A stretch of DNA of 64,000 nt from an uncultured Desulfosarcina sp. (GCA_963674945.2 CAXXWQ010000004.1:1472001-1536000); one strand, 5' to 3'; shown: positions 1 to 10,140, numbered from the stretch's first letter. Translations and numbers: made by a program. Notes: generated by a model not told the origin, from the sequence alone.

Positions 1-681
1 CACGTTCGAAAATTGGACATCCAGTTGCCCGACCGCCAGCTTGCCTGCGCCATGATCCAATCCGAAGCCGGCCGGCAATACTTCTCCGCCATGGCCTGCG
101 CGGCCAATTATGCCTGGGCCAACCGACAGATACTTCTGCACCGGGCCAGGGAGACCTTCCAGCGGGTGCTGGGCATCGGCCCGCGGGATCTCGCCATGCA
201 CCAGGTGTACGACGTATGCCACAACATCGCCAAACGGGAGACCCACACGGTGGAGGGAAAGGCCCGCACGGTGTGCGTGCATAGAAAGGGCGCCACCCGG
301 GCATTCGCCCCCGGCCATCCGTCCATCTGTGAAACCTATCGGAAAGTGGGGCAACCCATCCTCATCCCCGGGGACATGGGAACGGCCTCCTACGTGATGG
401 TAGGCACCGAAACCGCCATGGCGGAGAGCTTCGGATCCACCTGTCACGGCGCCGGCCGGGTACTGAGCCGGAAGGCGGCCAAGAAACAGAGCAAGGGTCG
501 CGCCATCCACCGCGAACTGGCCGACAAAGGTATACTCGTAAGGTGGACCGGTCGGTCCACCATGGCCGAAGAGATGCCCGATGCCTATAAGGAGATCGAC
601 CAGGTGGTGGATTCGGTGGACGGCGCGGGGCTGTCGAAAAAAGTCGCTCGTCTGCGCCCCATATGTGTGATAAAGGGATGA
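1..681 (+). CDS. rtcB: RNA ligase RtcB, C-terminal part (5' end lies outside the window)
   Basis: Motifs YDVCHNIAK, VHRKGATRAF, PGDMGTAS, STCHGAGR and EEMPDAYK, and the C-terminus VARLRPICVIKG. Confidence 0.95.
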   Translation, partial: HVRKLDIQLPDRQLACAMIQSEAGRQYFSAMACAANYAWANRQILLHRARETFQRVLGIGPRDLAMHQVYDVCHNIAKRETHTVEGKARTVCVHRKGATRAFAPGHPSICETYRKVGQPILIPGDMGTASYVMVGTETAMAESFGSTCHGAGRVLSRKAAKKQSKGRAIHRELADKGILVRWTGRSTMAEEMPDAYKEIDQVVDSVDGAGLSKKVARLRPICVIKG

Positions 682-696
682 CGATTGTTAACCTAT

Positions 697-851
697 TCAT
701 GCGGACCTCGTAAAAAGCCGGATCTCGGACGGTTTCGTAAAAAGCCCGAGATCAAGGCCTGCGAGTCCCGAGGAATGAGGCGTATTACCGATACGTCGCA
801 GTGACGAGGGATGAAGCGTAACGCCGATATCGGGCTTTTTACGAAGCCGGC
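697..851. repeat. MITE/REP-like palindromic element, copy 1
   Basis: Terminal inverted repeats cggtttcgtaaaaagcccgagatc (730-753) and gatatcgggctttttacgaagccg (826-849), plus a partial third arm at 707-720. A close inverted copy lies at 47180-47333. Confidence 0.85.
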
Positions 852-872
852 CATCATGCGGAGCCGATAGTT

Positions 873-1703
873 GTGAATACCATAGAAGCGATCATGCTGG
901 GCGTCATCCAGGGACTCACCGAATTTCTGCCGGTGAGCAGTTCGGGTCACCTGGTCCTTTTTCAAAACCTGTTGGGTCTTACAGAACCGGAGCTATTGTT
1001 CGACATCAGCCTCCACGTGGGAACACTGGTGGCGGTCCTCATCGTCTTCTTTCGAGACATTTATGAAATCCTGCGCGCATTGATCCGAACTCCTTTTCAA
1101 ATGAAGCAATCCGGTGGTCTGTCGGCCATCGTCAAAACGGATCCTTTCGTCCGCATGGCGATGCTGATCGTCGTCGGGAGCATCCCTACCGCCGTCATCG
1201 GCCTCGTGTTCAAGGAAATCGCCGATCGTTTGTTCGGCACCATTACCATCGTGGGCCTGATGCTGCTCGTCACCGGTACCATTTTGTGGCTGACCCGAAA
1301 TATCGTACGGGAAGGCCGCCCCGTAGAAAACACCACCAACAAGGACGCACTGATCATCGGCATCGTTCAGGGCCTGGCCATCTTGCCCGGCATATCCCGC
1401 TCCGGTTCCACCATCGCCACGGCGCTGTTTCTCGGCGTGGATCGAAAGGTGGCAGGCCGATTCTCCTTCCTGCTCTCCCTTCCCGCCATCATCGGAGCCC
1501 TCGTTTTAAGCCTGGATACACCCGAACTGGCAACCACGATCCCCTTGGGCACCATCATCCTGGGATCGGTAATATCGGCGCTGGTGGGCTGGCTCGCCCT
1601 GGTGATGCTATTGCGGGTTGTTGACCGGGGGCAATTGCACCGGTTCGCCCCGTACTGCTGGCTGGTGGGTACGGTCACCCTTGTCCTGGCCATGATGGGA
1701 TAG
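873..1703 (+). CDS. uppP: Undecaprenyl-diphosphate phosphatase (BacA/UppP)
   Basis: GVIQGLTEFLPVSSSGHL and PGISRSGSTI motifs; multiple transmembrane segments. Confidence 0.95.
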   Translation: MNTIEAIMLGVIQGLTEFLPVSSSGHLVLFQNLLGLTEPELLFDISLHVGTLVAVLIVFFRDIYEILRALIRTPFQMKQSGGLSAIVKTDPFVRMAMLIVVGSIPTAVIGLVFKEIADRLFGTITIVGLMLLVTGTILWLTRNIVREGRPVENTTNKDALIIGIVQGLAILPGISRSGSTIATALFLGVDRKVAGRFSFLLSLPAIIGALVLSLDTPELATTIPLGTIILGSVISALVGWLALVMLLRVVDRGQLHRFAPYCWLVGTVTLVLAMMG

Positions 1704-2041
1704 ATTCGCCTCTTTTCAAATACTGGAATCTTTTTCACATCCATCGAGAAAGATAGGAAAAAAAGTACCGTTTTTTCCCCGCCAACACTTCGTCATGGCT
1801 CCTCTGGTCGCGGCAGGATGGGAGTCGAACCGGCATTTCCAGCAGCGCCCTTCTCAAATCCATTCATATCCATAGAGTACCGGCTTTGGAGGATACAAGA
1901 AAAGTCCGGTGTCACATCGTCATGATGAAACGATAGGAAGACCGTCTCACCGGAAATGTAAATGAGGAATATGGCACGTATTTTGTATAGCTTGCAGTGC
2001 GAACACAGGAAGGGCCGGCGAGAATCTTCAGCGAGCGTAAA

Positions 2042-3616
2042 ATGGTTACTGAGAAGACACCGTTGTTTTCCGACAAGACCCGCACCACTTCCGATCACCA
2101 GGATTGGTTGACCGCAAACGATATTCTGCGGCGAACGGGAATCGAAAAACAGGACCTGATTCGCTTCATCCAGCTGCAGGTGCTTCCCAAATCCATGATG
2201 CGCATCTCCCGAGATGGCCATGGGAAAGGCCGAAAAAAGAGCTATTTCTCACCATCCATACTGGAACAGGTTAACGCCCTGAAACGTCTTCGGGATCAAG
2301 GATACACCGTGGAAACCATCACCGGTACCTTTCAAGACAGATCCGGAACAATCACCGTACCGACGAGCCCGTCGCCGCGGGAAACGGCGGCAACGGGCCA
2401 TGCCCCCCTCCGGCAAACCGGCAGCGGTGCCCCCCGTAACGTTCAATTGCCCGCTGCGACCTTTGGCGCCGCCCTCTTCTTCGTCAATACCGACCTTCGT
2501 ATCGGATGGGCAAAGACGGAAGAAAAGGACCTCTTATCCAAGGCCATCGCCAACGAGATGGAAGACGATCCATCCGGAACGGTTTTCGACATCCTGCTGC
2601 GGGCCTCCCTCAAGGAGTTCGTATTCAACTGGCAACCACTATTCACCTTTGTTTATGGCTTTTTGAAAGAGACGACGGACCCGAAGATTTTCCATCATCT
2701 GGCACCGACGATCTCCATGGGCGTGAAGCACACGGATCAAATGGAAACGCGCGGGGCCGATAGCGGACTTCGGGGTCGAATCGACAGCTGCCCGATCCTC
2801 CTGGAGGGAAATGACGACCGGGCGCGTCAGATGCGGATCTATGGCCTCACCCTTTCGGACGGAACCCTGTTCATTCTCTCCCCCGAACACCATTGGGACA
2901 AGCATGCGGGCCGCTCTACCCGTGAATCCGGAACCGATACCCGGCCAAATGCCGAAGCCAAAGAGGAAAAAGTTCCCTTCGGCGTTCTCTCCGTACGGCT
3001 CGACAACTCCCGGGAAATCGTAGAAGCCCTTTTGCCGGATACCTATTACCAGTTGATGGAAAAAATCTGGCAGGCGTGCGATCAGGTGCTGGCGTCCCAC
3101 GGCGGCCACCGCGTAAAGCGTAGCGGCAACGAAGTACAGTACATGCTCCCCAAATCGACGGAAACGGACCCCGTCTTCGAAGCGATCTGCTGCGCCGTGG
3201 AACTGAGGGAGAAAATGCGGGCAATCGAAGCGGATTTGAGGACCAATGGTGGCTGGTTTGCCGATATTCGGTTGAACATGGGGATCAGCAGCGGAAAGGA
3301 TCGGATCAGGCCCGACGATCCGACGGCCAGTATGGCGTTCACCCTCCCCGGAGGCGCCGCGGATCAGGCGTATACCCTATCCGCCTTCGCCCATGAAGGG
3401 GGGATCTGGGTCACCAAATCGGCCTTTGGTCATCTCACCCCCGATCAGATACGCCGCGTCACCTTCGGCATCTACCGCGAGAATCGACTGATCCCCAATA
3501 TTTTTGCGAAGCTGTCCGAACTCACCGATGATTTTGAACCGTCACCCACACAAGGCGGCATCCACACCCTTTCCATCACGCAGATCATCGCAGTTGAGCC
3601 CGAAGGCAGGAATTAA
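2042..3616 (+). CDS. MerR-like HTH fused to a degenerate class III nucleotide-cyclase domain
   Basis: N-terminal DLIRFIQLQVLP...SYFSPSILEQVNALKRLRDQGY resembles a MerR HTH. The C-terminal region follows the cyclase pattern (LLPDTYYQLM..HGG...AICCAVEL...IRLNMGISSG). Start taken at ATG 2042. Confidence 0.65.
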   Translation: MVTEKTPLFSDKTRTTSDHQDWLTANDILRRTGIEKQDLIRFIQLQVLPKSMMRISRDGHGKGRKKSYFSPSILEQVNALKRLRDQGYTVETITGTFQDRSGTITVPTSPSPRETAATGHAPLRQTGSGAPRNVQLPAATFGAALFFVNTDLRIGWAKTEEKDLLSKAIANEMEDDPSGTVFDILLRASLKEFVFNWQPLFTFVYGFLKETTDPKIFHHLAPTISMGVKHTDQMETRGADSGLRGRIDSCPILLEGNDDRARQMRIYGLTLSDGTLFILSPEHHWDKHAGRSTRESGTDTRPNAEAKEEKVPFGVLSVRLDNSREIVEALLPDTYYQLMEKIWQACDQVLASHGGHRVKRSGNEVQYMLPKSTETDPVFEAICCAVELREKMRAIEADLRTNGGWFADIRLNMGISSGKDRIRPDDPTASMAFTLPGGAADQAYTLSAFAHEGGIWVTKSAFGHLTPDQIRRVTFGIYRENRLIPNIFAKLSELTDDFEPSPTQGGIHTLSITQIIAVEPEGRN

Positions 3617-3620
3617 CCAA

Positions 3621-3763
3621 TGTCTGTCCAGAAATGGTAGATCATGGTTCAGGTCAAGGCCGCAGCGACGTCGAAACCGCAGGCGTAGCAGCGCTACGTT
3701 GAGGATTTCGACAGAGTGAGAACGCCGGCATGGGTCATGAGATGCCGTTTCTGGATGGGTCTA
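3621..3763. repeat. MITE-like palindromic element (second subfamily)
   Basis: Imperfect terminal IRs gtctgtccagaaatggtagatcatg / catgagatgccgtttctggatgggt, with an internal caaggc...gcgtagcagcgctacg...aacgc core. Lies between convergent genes. Confidence 0.7.
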
Positions 3764-4728
3764 GCTATAGCACGACAGCATAGAACACCCCGGCCGGTCC
3801 CTGGCCCAATCCGGACGCTTTGCGGCAAAATGCCCTTTGTCCGGCTGCTCGTCGTAAGGGTGGCGCAAGAGGTCCAACAGTTCATGCACCAATGAAAAAT
3901 CATGTCGGCGGTCAACCGACAGACCTCAGCAAACCACCGGGGATAAACGTCCGCAGACGGTTTTCCCAGGTGGGGAAAATCGGTGCGGATGGTATAGTCC
4001 ACGAGTTTCTTCAGCAACTGTATCTCCCCACGTGCGGCGAAGATCTGAAAACTGCCGAACCGGATGAACGATGGCGCCACCCGGCAAACGACGGCACCCG
4101 GCTCCATCTTTGGATGACCGTCGTAGAACATGTCCCGTTCCACCGATTCTCCGGTCAGAACCAGGCTTAACACGCGGGTGGTGGGCACACCCAGGTGAAA
4201 CATGGCCTCGCTGCACAAAAACTCACGCAGGGAAGAACGCAACACGGCCAGGCCGTCTGCGTTTCTGGAATAGGGGGTCGGCCCGGCACCTTTGAGCTGG
4301 AGCACCCAGCGCGAACCGTCTCCATTGATGACCTCTCCCAGGTTAATGGCGCGGCCATCACCCAGTTGTCCGGCCCAATTGCCGAATTGGTGACCGCCGT
4401 AACACATTGCGTAGGGTTCCATCTGTGGCAGCAGACGATTTCCGGCAAACACCGAAAGGAAGGCATCGGATTCGCACTCCGTTTCCGTAAGGCCCAATAA
4501 CTCGGCGACTTCGGGTGAATAGGCCACGAGCCGGGGTTGGGAGACCGGCGTCGGGACGACACGGGAGTAACAGGCGCCGGCCACCTGCCTGCGATGGTTT
4601 CGGGTCTCGATGTCACCGGGCAGTTGGGAAACGAACCGATTATCGAACCGTAAATTACCAAGCGCCGGGAGAAAAGGGTCTGCGGCAGGGGCAGGAGCGA
4701 TCGCTTCCATGGATTCAAAGCATTTCAT
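3761..4728 (-). pseudogene. selO: SelO/YdiU protein AMPylase with an internal deletion and frameshift
   Basis: N-terminal half has [21 protein letters not shown] and [14 protein letters not shown]. At ~3890-3903 it jumps into another frame encoding the SelO C-terminus ([13 protein letters not shown]...[18 protein letters not shown]). The HGVMNTDN catalytic segment is absent. Confidence 0.85.
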
Positions 4729-4836
4729 GTTTGGCTCCCTTCGTATAGGAACGCGAGAACTTAGGGTAAGCATGAATCGGCGGGAAGCAAAGCGATGGTC
4801 GTGGAAGTGAAGAAAATCACCTGGGAAGGCATCGCG

Positions 4837-4877
4837 CCTGTTCGATCACCACGAATTCATCGAAGTGATCGAACAGG
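4837..4877. terminator. 13-bp hairpin downstream of the cytochrome b gene
   Basis: cctgttcgatcac ... gtgatcgaacagg inverted repeat. No clear U-tract on the minus strand. Confidence 0.45.
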
Positions 4878-4900
4878 GAAAAAGTGAGTTTACTATAAAT

Positions 4901-5560
4901 TCATGCGGCGGGTTGCCGATCGCCGTGCTTCTCCCACTCGTGAATGTCACCCTCTTCCACTTGTTCCCAACCGGTCACCATGGCCCTCACGTGTGCAGTA
5001 ATGCTGTGGCCGGTGGTGGTCATGTAGACATGGACGATGACGAAACACAAGATGGCGAAAGCGCCTGCCATGTGGACGATGGCGACGATTCCCAGGGAGA
5101 GGCCCGAAAGCCCCCATTCCGGCCATTGATTGTATCCCCAGTACAAAAACCCGGAGATCATTTGAACGGGGAGCAAAATGGCCGCCAGCGACAGGTAGAC
5201 CAGGCGCTGCAAAGGATTGTGCTTGGCCTCCTTGCGTTTGGGGACCGGATGGCTTTCACCCCTGAAGATCCCCCAGCTGTAGTAACGAACCACCTGGAAC
5301 ATCTTCTTTGTGGTGGGAATGTACTGCTTCCACTCTCCGGTGGTGAACAACCAGAAGACGAAGAAGGCGAAGGCGATCAACCAGGTAATTCCCACGAAGT
5401 TATGGATTTCCACCGCGTCCTCGAATCCCAAAAAGGAATAGACGCCATGCACCTCGAAGCCGGTGATCAGCAAAGTGAAGATCAGCGCCATCTGCAACCA
5501 GTGCCAGAAACGCTCATACCGCGTGTACAGGTACATGTTGATCATGTTTTTCATGGACAT
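4901..5560 (-). CDS. Membrane cytochrome b (Ni/Fe-hydrogenase cyt b / PhsC-like)
   Basis: ERFWHWLQ, EIHNFVG, KHNPLQRL, IVHMAG and IVHVYM; four TM helices with His ligands. Confidence 0.9.
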   Translation of the reverse strand: MSMKNMINMYLYTRYERFWHWLQMALIFTLLITGFEVHGVYSFLGFEDAVEIHNFVGITWLIAFAFFVFWLFTTGEWKQYIPTTKKMFQVVRYYSWGIFRGESHPVPKRKEAKHNPLQRLVYLSLAAILLPVQMISGFLYWGYNQWPEWGLSGLSLGIVAIVHMAGAFAILCFVIVHVYMTTTGHSITAHVRAMVTGWEQVEEGDIHEWEKHGDRQPAA

Positions 5561-5562
5561 GG

Positions 5563-7194
5563 CTATTTATCCTCCTTCCCGCTATTGGTAAACATTCGGG
5601 TCAGGCCATGAAGGACCACGCCCATCAGATGCCCCAGCACCAGGATCCATCCCAGTGAATCCAATAGGGAGAAATTGTCCCGGCCAGGCATGTAGAATCC
5701 CGCCAGGTTGGCCAAACGGCTGTCGCTTCGGGTATGGCACTCACTGCAGGCCACCACATTTTCTTTGGGCGCTACCATATGGGTGATGGGAAAAACGTAG
5801 GTGGTGTCCACGAAGTCGAATTCACCGGAAAAGGGGATGCCCAGATCCCTCTGGCCCACGGAAAGGGCATGATCCCAATCCAGGGTCTCCCAGTATCCAT
5901 CGGGACCGGAAAGCATCGGGCCCAAAAGGGTCTTGTGGACCTTGTCGTAGGGTTGCCTGCCCCGGTGGACCTTGAAGGGAAAAATTCGGGCGTTGGGGTC
6001 GCTCCGGTCTCCTACGGGATGGCTTACCGCCACGACCTTGCCCGGATCGATGGTATCTTTCGCGGTGGTACTGTCGATGGAGCCATTGTACCAGAAATAC
6101 TCCGGCTCGACATTCTTGGCCCACTTCATCTTTCCCTTGATGGACATATAGTCATGTTTGCCGAATTCGTCCTCCGTCGTGTACGGCTTGCCGTCCTTTG
6201 TCTTTCCCGCCTGGGACCAGTCCCACGATATCTTCGTGGGATTGACACGGGCAAACTTCGGAATATGGCAACTCTGGCAGGCAACCTTGTCCGTGTGATC
6301 GTTGGCCTTTGACTCGCTTTTATGGGGTGTGCTGCTGTGGCAGGACTCGCAGGTGATTTTCGCTGTCAGGTCATCCTCGATCAGGCTTTTTCGATCCGTC
6401 GCCGCAGGCCTGGTATAGACCCGGCCGGCAATATTGTGCAGCACGGTGGTATGACAGCGGGTGCACTTGAAATCTTGTCCGTCTTCCCCCATATGCACAT
6501 CGAGGGATTTGTTGGGTTTGGAAAGGGAAGTGTCCAGATCGCCGTGTTTGACGCCGTCTCCACCACCACCCTTGAAATGGCAGCCACCGCAGTTTTGCCG
6601 CTCGGGGCGGACCACGGCCTGCGCGGCGGCGGCAATGTTGCCGCGTATTTCATCGGCGATCTCCTGTTCTTCCGGATCCTTTGATCCGTCGAATGCATCC
6701 AGGTCCTCGAAGGACTCTTCCCAGTTGATGGTTTTCTGTCCGTGACAATGAAGACAATTGATGGTCTCGGTTTTCTTACCCCAACCGGGATGGCAACTCA
6801 GGCACCCCTTGTCCTGCATCTTATTGGTGGAGATACAAAAATTGTTGATGGAGTCACCGCCCTTACCATGCACACTGCCGTCCGGGGTTGTATAGGCGTT
6901 CCAGGTCCAGTGAATGGTCTTGTGAAACTGGTCCGCCGCCTCCGTATGGCAGGATAGACATGCCCGGGTAATCTCAGACCCGGACCGAAAATCCTTTTGC
7001 AGTGCCTCGATGCGGCCATGATCGGTGGTGATCCACAGCTTTTTCTCCTTGGTGGCCTGCTGCGCCATGGTCCGGCCCGGTGCCTCTGTCTCGTCCTCGG
7101 AACAGTAAACGGCCGGCGTGCAGAGCATTGCCAGCATAAAAAGAACAATGGCCCACGGAACGCTCCTCTGGCTTGGTTTGGTGAATGTCATCAT
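5563..7194 (-). CDS. Octaheme c-type cytochrome, tetrathionate-reductase (OTR) family, with C-terminal TM anchor
   Basis: Eight CxxCH motifs (CLSCH x2, CLHCH, CGGCH, CTRCH, CESCH, CQSCH, CSECH), plus INNFCIS, GGGGDGVKHGDLD, ITHMVAP and a signal peptide. Confidence 0.9.
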   Translation of the reverse strand: MMTFTKPSQRSVPWAIVLFMLAMLCTPAVYCSEDETEAPGRTMAQQATKEKKLWITTDHGRIEALQKDFRSGSEITRACLSCHTEAADQFHKTIHWTWNAYTTPDGSVHGKGGDSINNFCISTNKMQDKGCLSCHPGWGKKTETINCLHCHGQKTINWEESFEDLDAFDGSKDPEEQEIADEIRGNIAAAAQAVVRPERQNCGGCHFKGGGGDGVKHGDLDTSLSKPNKSLDVHMGEDGQDFKCTRCHTTVLHNIAGRVYTRPAATDRKSLIEDDLTAKITCESCHSSTPHKSESKANDHTDKVACQSCHIPKFARVNPTKISWDWSQAGKTKDGKPYTTEDEFGKHDYMSIKGKMKWAKNVEPEYFWYNGSIDSTTAKDTIDPGKVVAVSHPVGDRSDPNARIFPFKVHRGRQPYDKVHKTLLGPMLSGPDGYWETLDWDHALSVGQRDLGIPFSGEFDFVDTTYVFPITHMVAPKENVVACSECHTRSDSRLANLAGFYMPGRDNFSLLDSLGWILVLGHLMGVVLHGLTRMFTNSGKEDK

Positions 7195-7241
7195 CTTCTC
7201 CCCAAATGGGCTTTTCCAAGGTAAAAGTACCATCATTCTTA

Positions 7242-7586
7242 TTATTTGCACTTGGCCGGTGTAGGCGAATCGGCTGCATGATCATGAAGGTAGGCGTAGA
7301 TATCACTGATGTCCTCATCGGACAGCGCATCCCACTCTTTTTTGCAACCGAAATCCGCAAATTCCTTCTTCTCGAATGTACGCGTCCACTGGGCCTGGGT
7401 CTTGGCGTCAGGGCTGATGGGAGGCTTGGGAGAATCCACTTCCCCGCGTTCCATGCAGGCCTTGTAGACCTTTCGATAGGTGTATTTCCCTTTGCGTTTG
7501 TTTCCCTTTTCAAGGGCAAGGCCGGCGCTTACAGTGGAAAAGAGGAAAACCAGTGCGGTAATGACGAAAATTCCTTTTTTGCTCAT
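7242..7586 (-). CDS. Small periplasmic cytochrome-c-like protein lacking a canonical CxxCH
   Basis: Signal peptide, GNKRKGKYTYRKVYKACM, PDAKTQAQW and DIYAYLHDHAADSPTPAKC; RBS aggagg. Confidence 0.6.
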   Translation of the reverse strand: MSKKGIFVITALVFLFSTVSAGLALEKGNKRKGKYTYRKVYKACMERGEVDSPKPPISPDAKTQAQWTRTFEKKEFADFGCKKEWDALSDEDISDIYAYLHDHAADSPTPAKCK

Positions 7587-7723
7587 GATGCCTCCTAATG
7601 AATTTGAAATTTAAAATTCAAAATGAATAATGAAAATAGCATGAACCGTCATGAAATAGATGATATCGTATCATTTCCTAGATGATTCGGTACATACTAG
7701 GATTGCCAGTGTCTCATAGGACA

Positions 7724-7909
7724 CTACCACCAACAGATCACTTTGTCATTTTCGAAAATCTTGTCCACCAGCGCATGCCAATCCACCGGTTTTTCGTAAA
7801 GCATGACGACCGTCGCCGTGTTTTCCAGGTTGATGACATTGGTAAGCTTGGCAATGGTTTCATCCGGCTTTGATTTTAAAATATGAAGCACTCTCATATG
7901 CAAAAACAT
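7724..7909 (-). CDS. Small DsrH/TusB-like protein
   Basis: MRVLHILKS...LVDKIFENDKVICW resembles the DsrH fold ends; sits in an operon with a DsrE-like gene. Confidence 0.5.
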   Translation of the reverse strand: MFLHMRVLHILKSKPDETIAKLTNVINLENTATVVMLYEKPVDWHALVDKIFENDKVICWW

Positions 7910-7932
7910 CCTTATACCTGTTGCCGCCGAAT

Positions 7933-8259
7933 TTAGAACGGGATGACAATATCCGCACTTTGGATCCTCGTGGCTGCCTGGGTCAGCGTCACATGGGTGA
8001 AGCCGTATTTTTCCGCGTTTTCCGAGTTGTTGGAAAATCTAAGCCCGCCCAACTCGTCCAAAAATGCCATGTTGTCCCGGTACGCTTCGTCCATGTTTTC
8101 GATCTCGTGATGGAGCACGAACATCTGCACGGCCATCCCTTCCAGCAGCAATCCGATGCTGATCCGCAGCCCTTCGTACTGCTGCTGCGGGTCCCTGATA
8201 ATGACAGCGGCCTGTTTCACACCTGTTACGTTCATGGGTGCCCCGGACGATCTTCCCAT
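7933..8259 (-). CDS. DsrE/DsrF-like protein
   Basis: AAVIIRD...YEGLRISIGL and C-terminal SADIVIPF are typical of DsrE/F-fold proteins. Confidence 0.6.
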   Translation of the reverse strand: MGRSSGAPMNVTGVKQAAVIIRDPQQQYEGLRISIGLLLEGMAVQMFVLHHEIENMDEAYRDNMAFLDELGGLRFSNNSENAEKYGFTHVTLTQAATRIQSADIVIPF

Positions 8260-8281
8260 CGTATTTCTCTTTCGACGGCGG

Positions 8282-9991
8282 TTAGTAACGGAACGTCAGG
8301 CTTACATAGGCGTCCCACACCTCGTCGATAACCGGATTCAAGGCGTTGAGAGAATTGATCTCGTCGATTTTCTGCGGCTTTCCCAAGGGATTCCCGCTTC
8401 CTGTATATTCGTAATCGTAGTACCGGGCACCGATGGTGGCGAAAAAGTTGTCGTTGATAATAGGCTGATGCCAGTATCCTTCGTAGACGTGGCCACGCAC
8501 GGCCAGCTTGCTGCCGACCAGCGAATCCTCTGCCCCGGTGAAATTGAACCAATAGCGGGAGCCGTAGTTGTATTCCACACCGAAGCGGGCGTCCCAGGGC
8601 ATGGGAAATACGGCGCCGACGTGTATCATGTATCCATCGCGGTCCTCCAGCTCACCATTGGAGTTGAGCAGGCCCATGCCCATGATTTTGTAGTAGGGAT
8701 TTTCGGATGTCTGCGAAGGGCTGGTATGGCTCCAGGAGCCGGACAAAAACAGGTCGATGTCCTTCTCGAACCGTTCGTACAGGTTGGTGCGCAAGAGCAG
8801 GCTGAGGGCGTCCCAGTCACCGAGGTTGGTGGAAGGTTGCAGCCGGGTAACGAATCCTCCGGAGTTTTGATTGAAGGTGTATGTACCGTCGGCATTTTCG
8901 GTGATGATGAACGGCATGACGGTAAGTCCGGTGAATCCGTCTGTAATGTCCCACGCATGGGCATAGTTGAGAACCGCACTGGTACTTTCATTGTCGAAGA
9001 TCGTTGCGATGAATCCGCCAAAATGCACGTCGTCCACATACGATTGCTGGCTACCCAGAGAATAGGTGTTTCCCCAATCGCTTTCGAATCCCTGACCATA
9101 ACACAATTTAAGGGATGCGCCCGGAATGCCGGTCACATATTCCAGGCCCATGCTGTAAGACGCACCGTCGAACTGCCAGTTGATGACCGAGGCAAGGGGA
9201 GAGCCTCCTTCAAGACTGTAATTCATGTACTCCATGGGAGGGCCTTCGGTGCCCGGCCGGCGTCCCACGGAAAATGTGGTGGGGACCCGCCCCCAGTCCT
9301 TTTTGTAAAAAAAGGAGGCCCGTTCCAGTCGTATGGTATCACCATGGGGCAGGTTTGACGTGTTCCCGTCCAAAGCGATATCGCCCAGCGTTCCCTGGTT
9401 GAACTTCACACCGCTGCTGTCACCGAACACCTTGTATGCGGCCAGACGACCGTCGAAACTGAGCTGATCGTTGACCTTGGCCGTCATTCGCAGTCGAAAT
9501 TTGTTGGTCAGGATGATATCGTTGTCGGCGTCGAATTTCTCGGTCGGGGGAATCATGCCGAATTGATCCATGAGCGCCATGGCCTGCTGTATCTGCGGCA
9601 ACGTGGCGTTGTTGAGTCCCATGGGATAATCCACGAAGAATCCTCCCACCAGGGAACTGGGCGCTACCTGGATGTCCTTATAATGAAGTGAGTCGCCCCT
9701 GGAGCGAAATTCGATGCCGAAGGCAACCTTGTCGGTGGCCGTGTGCAGTTCTGCTTTGTTGAGGCGATTGTCCAGTTCTTCGATCTCCTCGTCCTTCTCC
9801 TGATTCTTGCTCTCCAATGCCTCGAGTTGTTTCTTGACCTCGGACATCTCTTCATTCATCTGCTCCAACTTCTGCTTGAGCATCTGGACCTCCTCTTCTG
9901 CCCAGGCGATTGCAGGTGCCATGGCCCCCCAAAGAAAAACGAGGCAGAGCAGGATGACAATGATGTTATTGTTGCGCGCTGGATTGTTCAT
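8282..9991 (-). CDS. Outer-membrane beta-barrel protein with N-terminal coiled coil (DUF3373-like)
   Basis: Signal peptide, coiled coil (LKQKLEQMNEEMSEVKKQLEAL), aromatic-rich beta strands, C-terminal YVSLTFRY; RBS aggaga before ATG 9991. Confidence 0.75.
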   Translation of the reverse strand: MNNPARNNNIIVILLCLVFLWGAMAPAIAWAEEEVQMLKQKLEQMNEEMSEVKKQLEALESKNQEKDEEIEELDNRLNKAELHTATDKVAFGIEFRSRGDSLHYKDIQVAPSSLVGGFFVDYPMGLNNATLPQIQQAMALMDQFGMIPPTEKFDADNDIILTNKFRLRMTAKVNDQLSFDGRLAAYKVFGDSSGVKFNQGTLGDIALDGNTSNLPHGDTIRLERASFFYKKDWGRVPTTFSVGRRPGTEGPPMEYMNYSLEGGSPLASVINWQFDGASYSMGLEYVTGIPGASLKLCYGQGFESDWGNTYSLGSQQSYVDDVHFGGFIATIFDNESTSAVLNYAHAWDITDGFTGLTVMPFIITENADGTYTFNQNSGGFVTRLQPSTNLGDWDALSLLLRTNLYERFEKDIDLFLSGSWSHTSPSQTSENPYYKIMGMGLLNSNGELEDRDGYMIHVGAVFPMPWDARFGVEYNYGSRYWFNFTGAEDSLVGSKLAVRGHVYEGYWHQPIINDNFFATIGARYYDYEYTGSGNPLGKPQKIDEINSLNALNPVIDEVWDAYVSLTFRY

Positions 9992-10053
9992 CTGTTCTCC
10001 TTGTAAACGTTGTTCATGAAAAGTTGATGGATTTCGCCTGAACAATCGTATCG

Positions 10054-10068
10054 GCAACTGTCGTGCCA
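10054..10068 (-). promoter_or_regulatory. Sigma54 -24/-12 promoter for the porin-octaheme operon
   Basis: Minus strand TGGCACG-ACAG-TTGC, a perfect consensus about 60 nt upstream of the ATG. A divergent sigma54 activator gene is adjacent. Confidence 0.9.
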
Positions 10069-10140
10069 TGTTGGGCAAAACGAGTCGAAATTTATTTAAC
10101 TTGTTGTTAATTTAATAAAAATTAAAACTGTAGACGATCT

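Noticed and set aside
1804..1850. tRNA-like fragment on the minus strand (GGTTCGACTCCC...CCA)
   Set aside because: The T-stem and acceptor stem do not pair and no D or anticodon arm is visible.
8156..9358. 400-aa + strand ORF
   Set aside because: Antisense shadow of the beta-barrel gene with no recognisable motifs.
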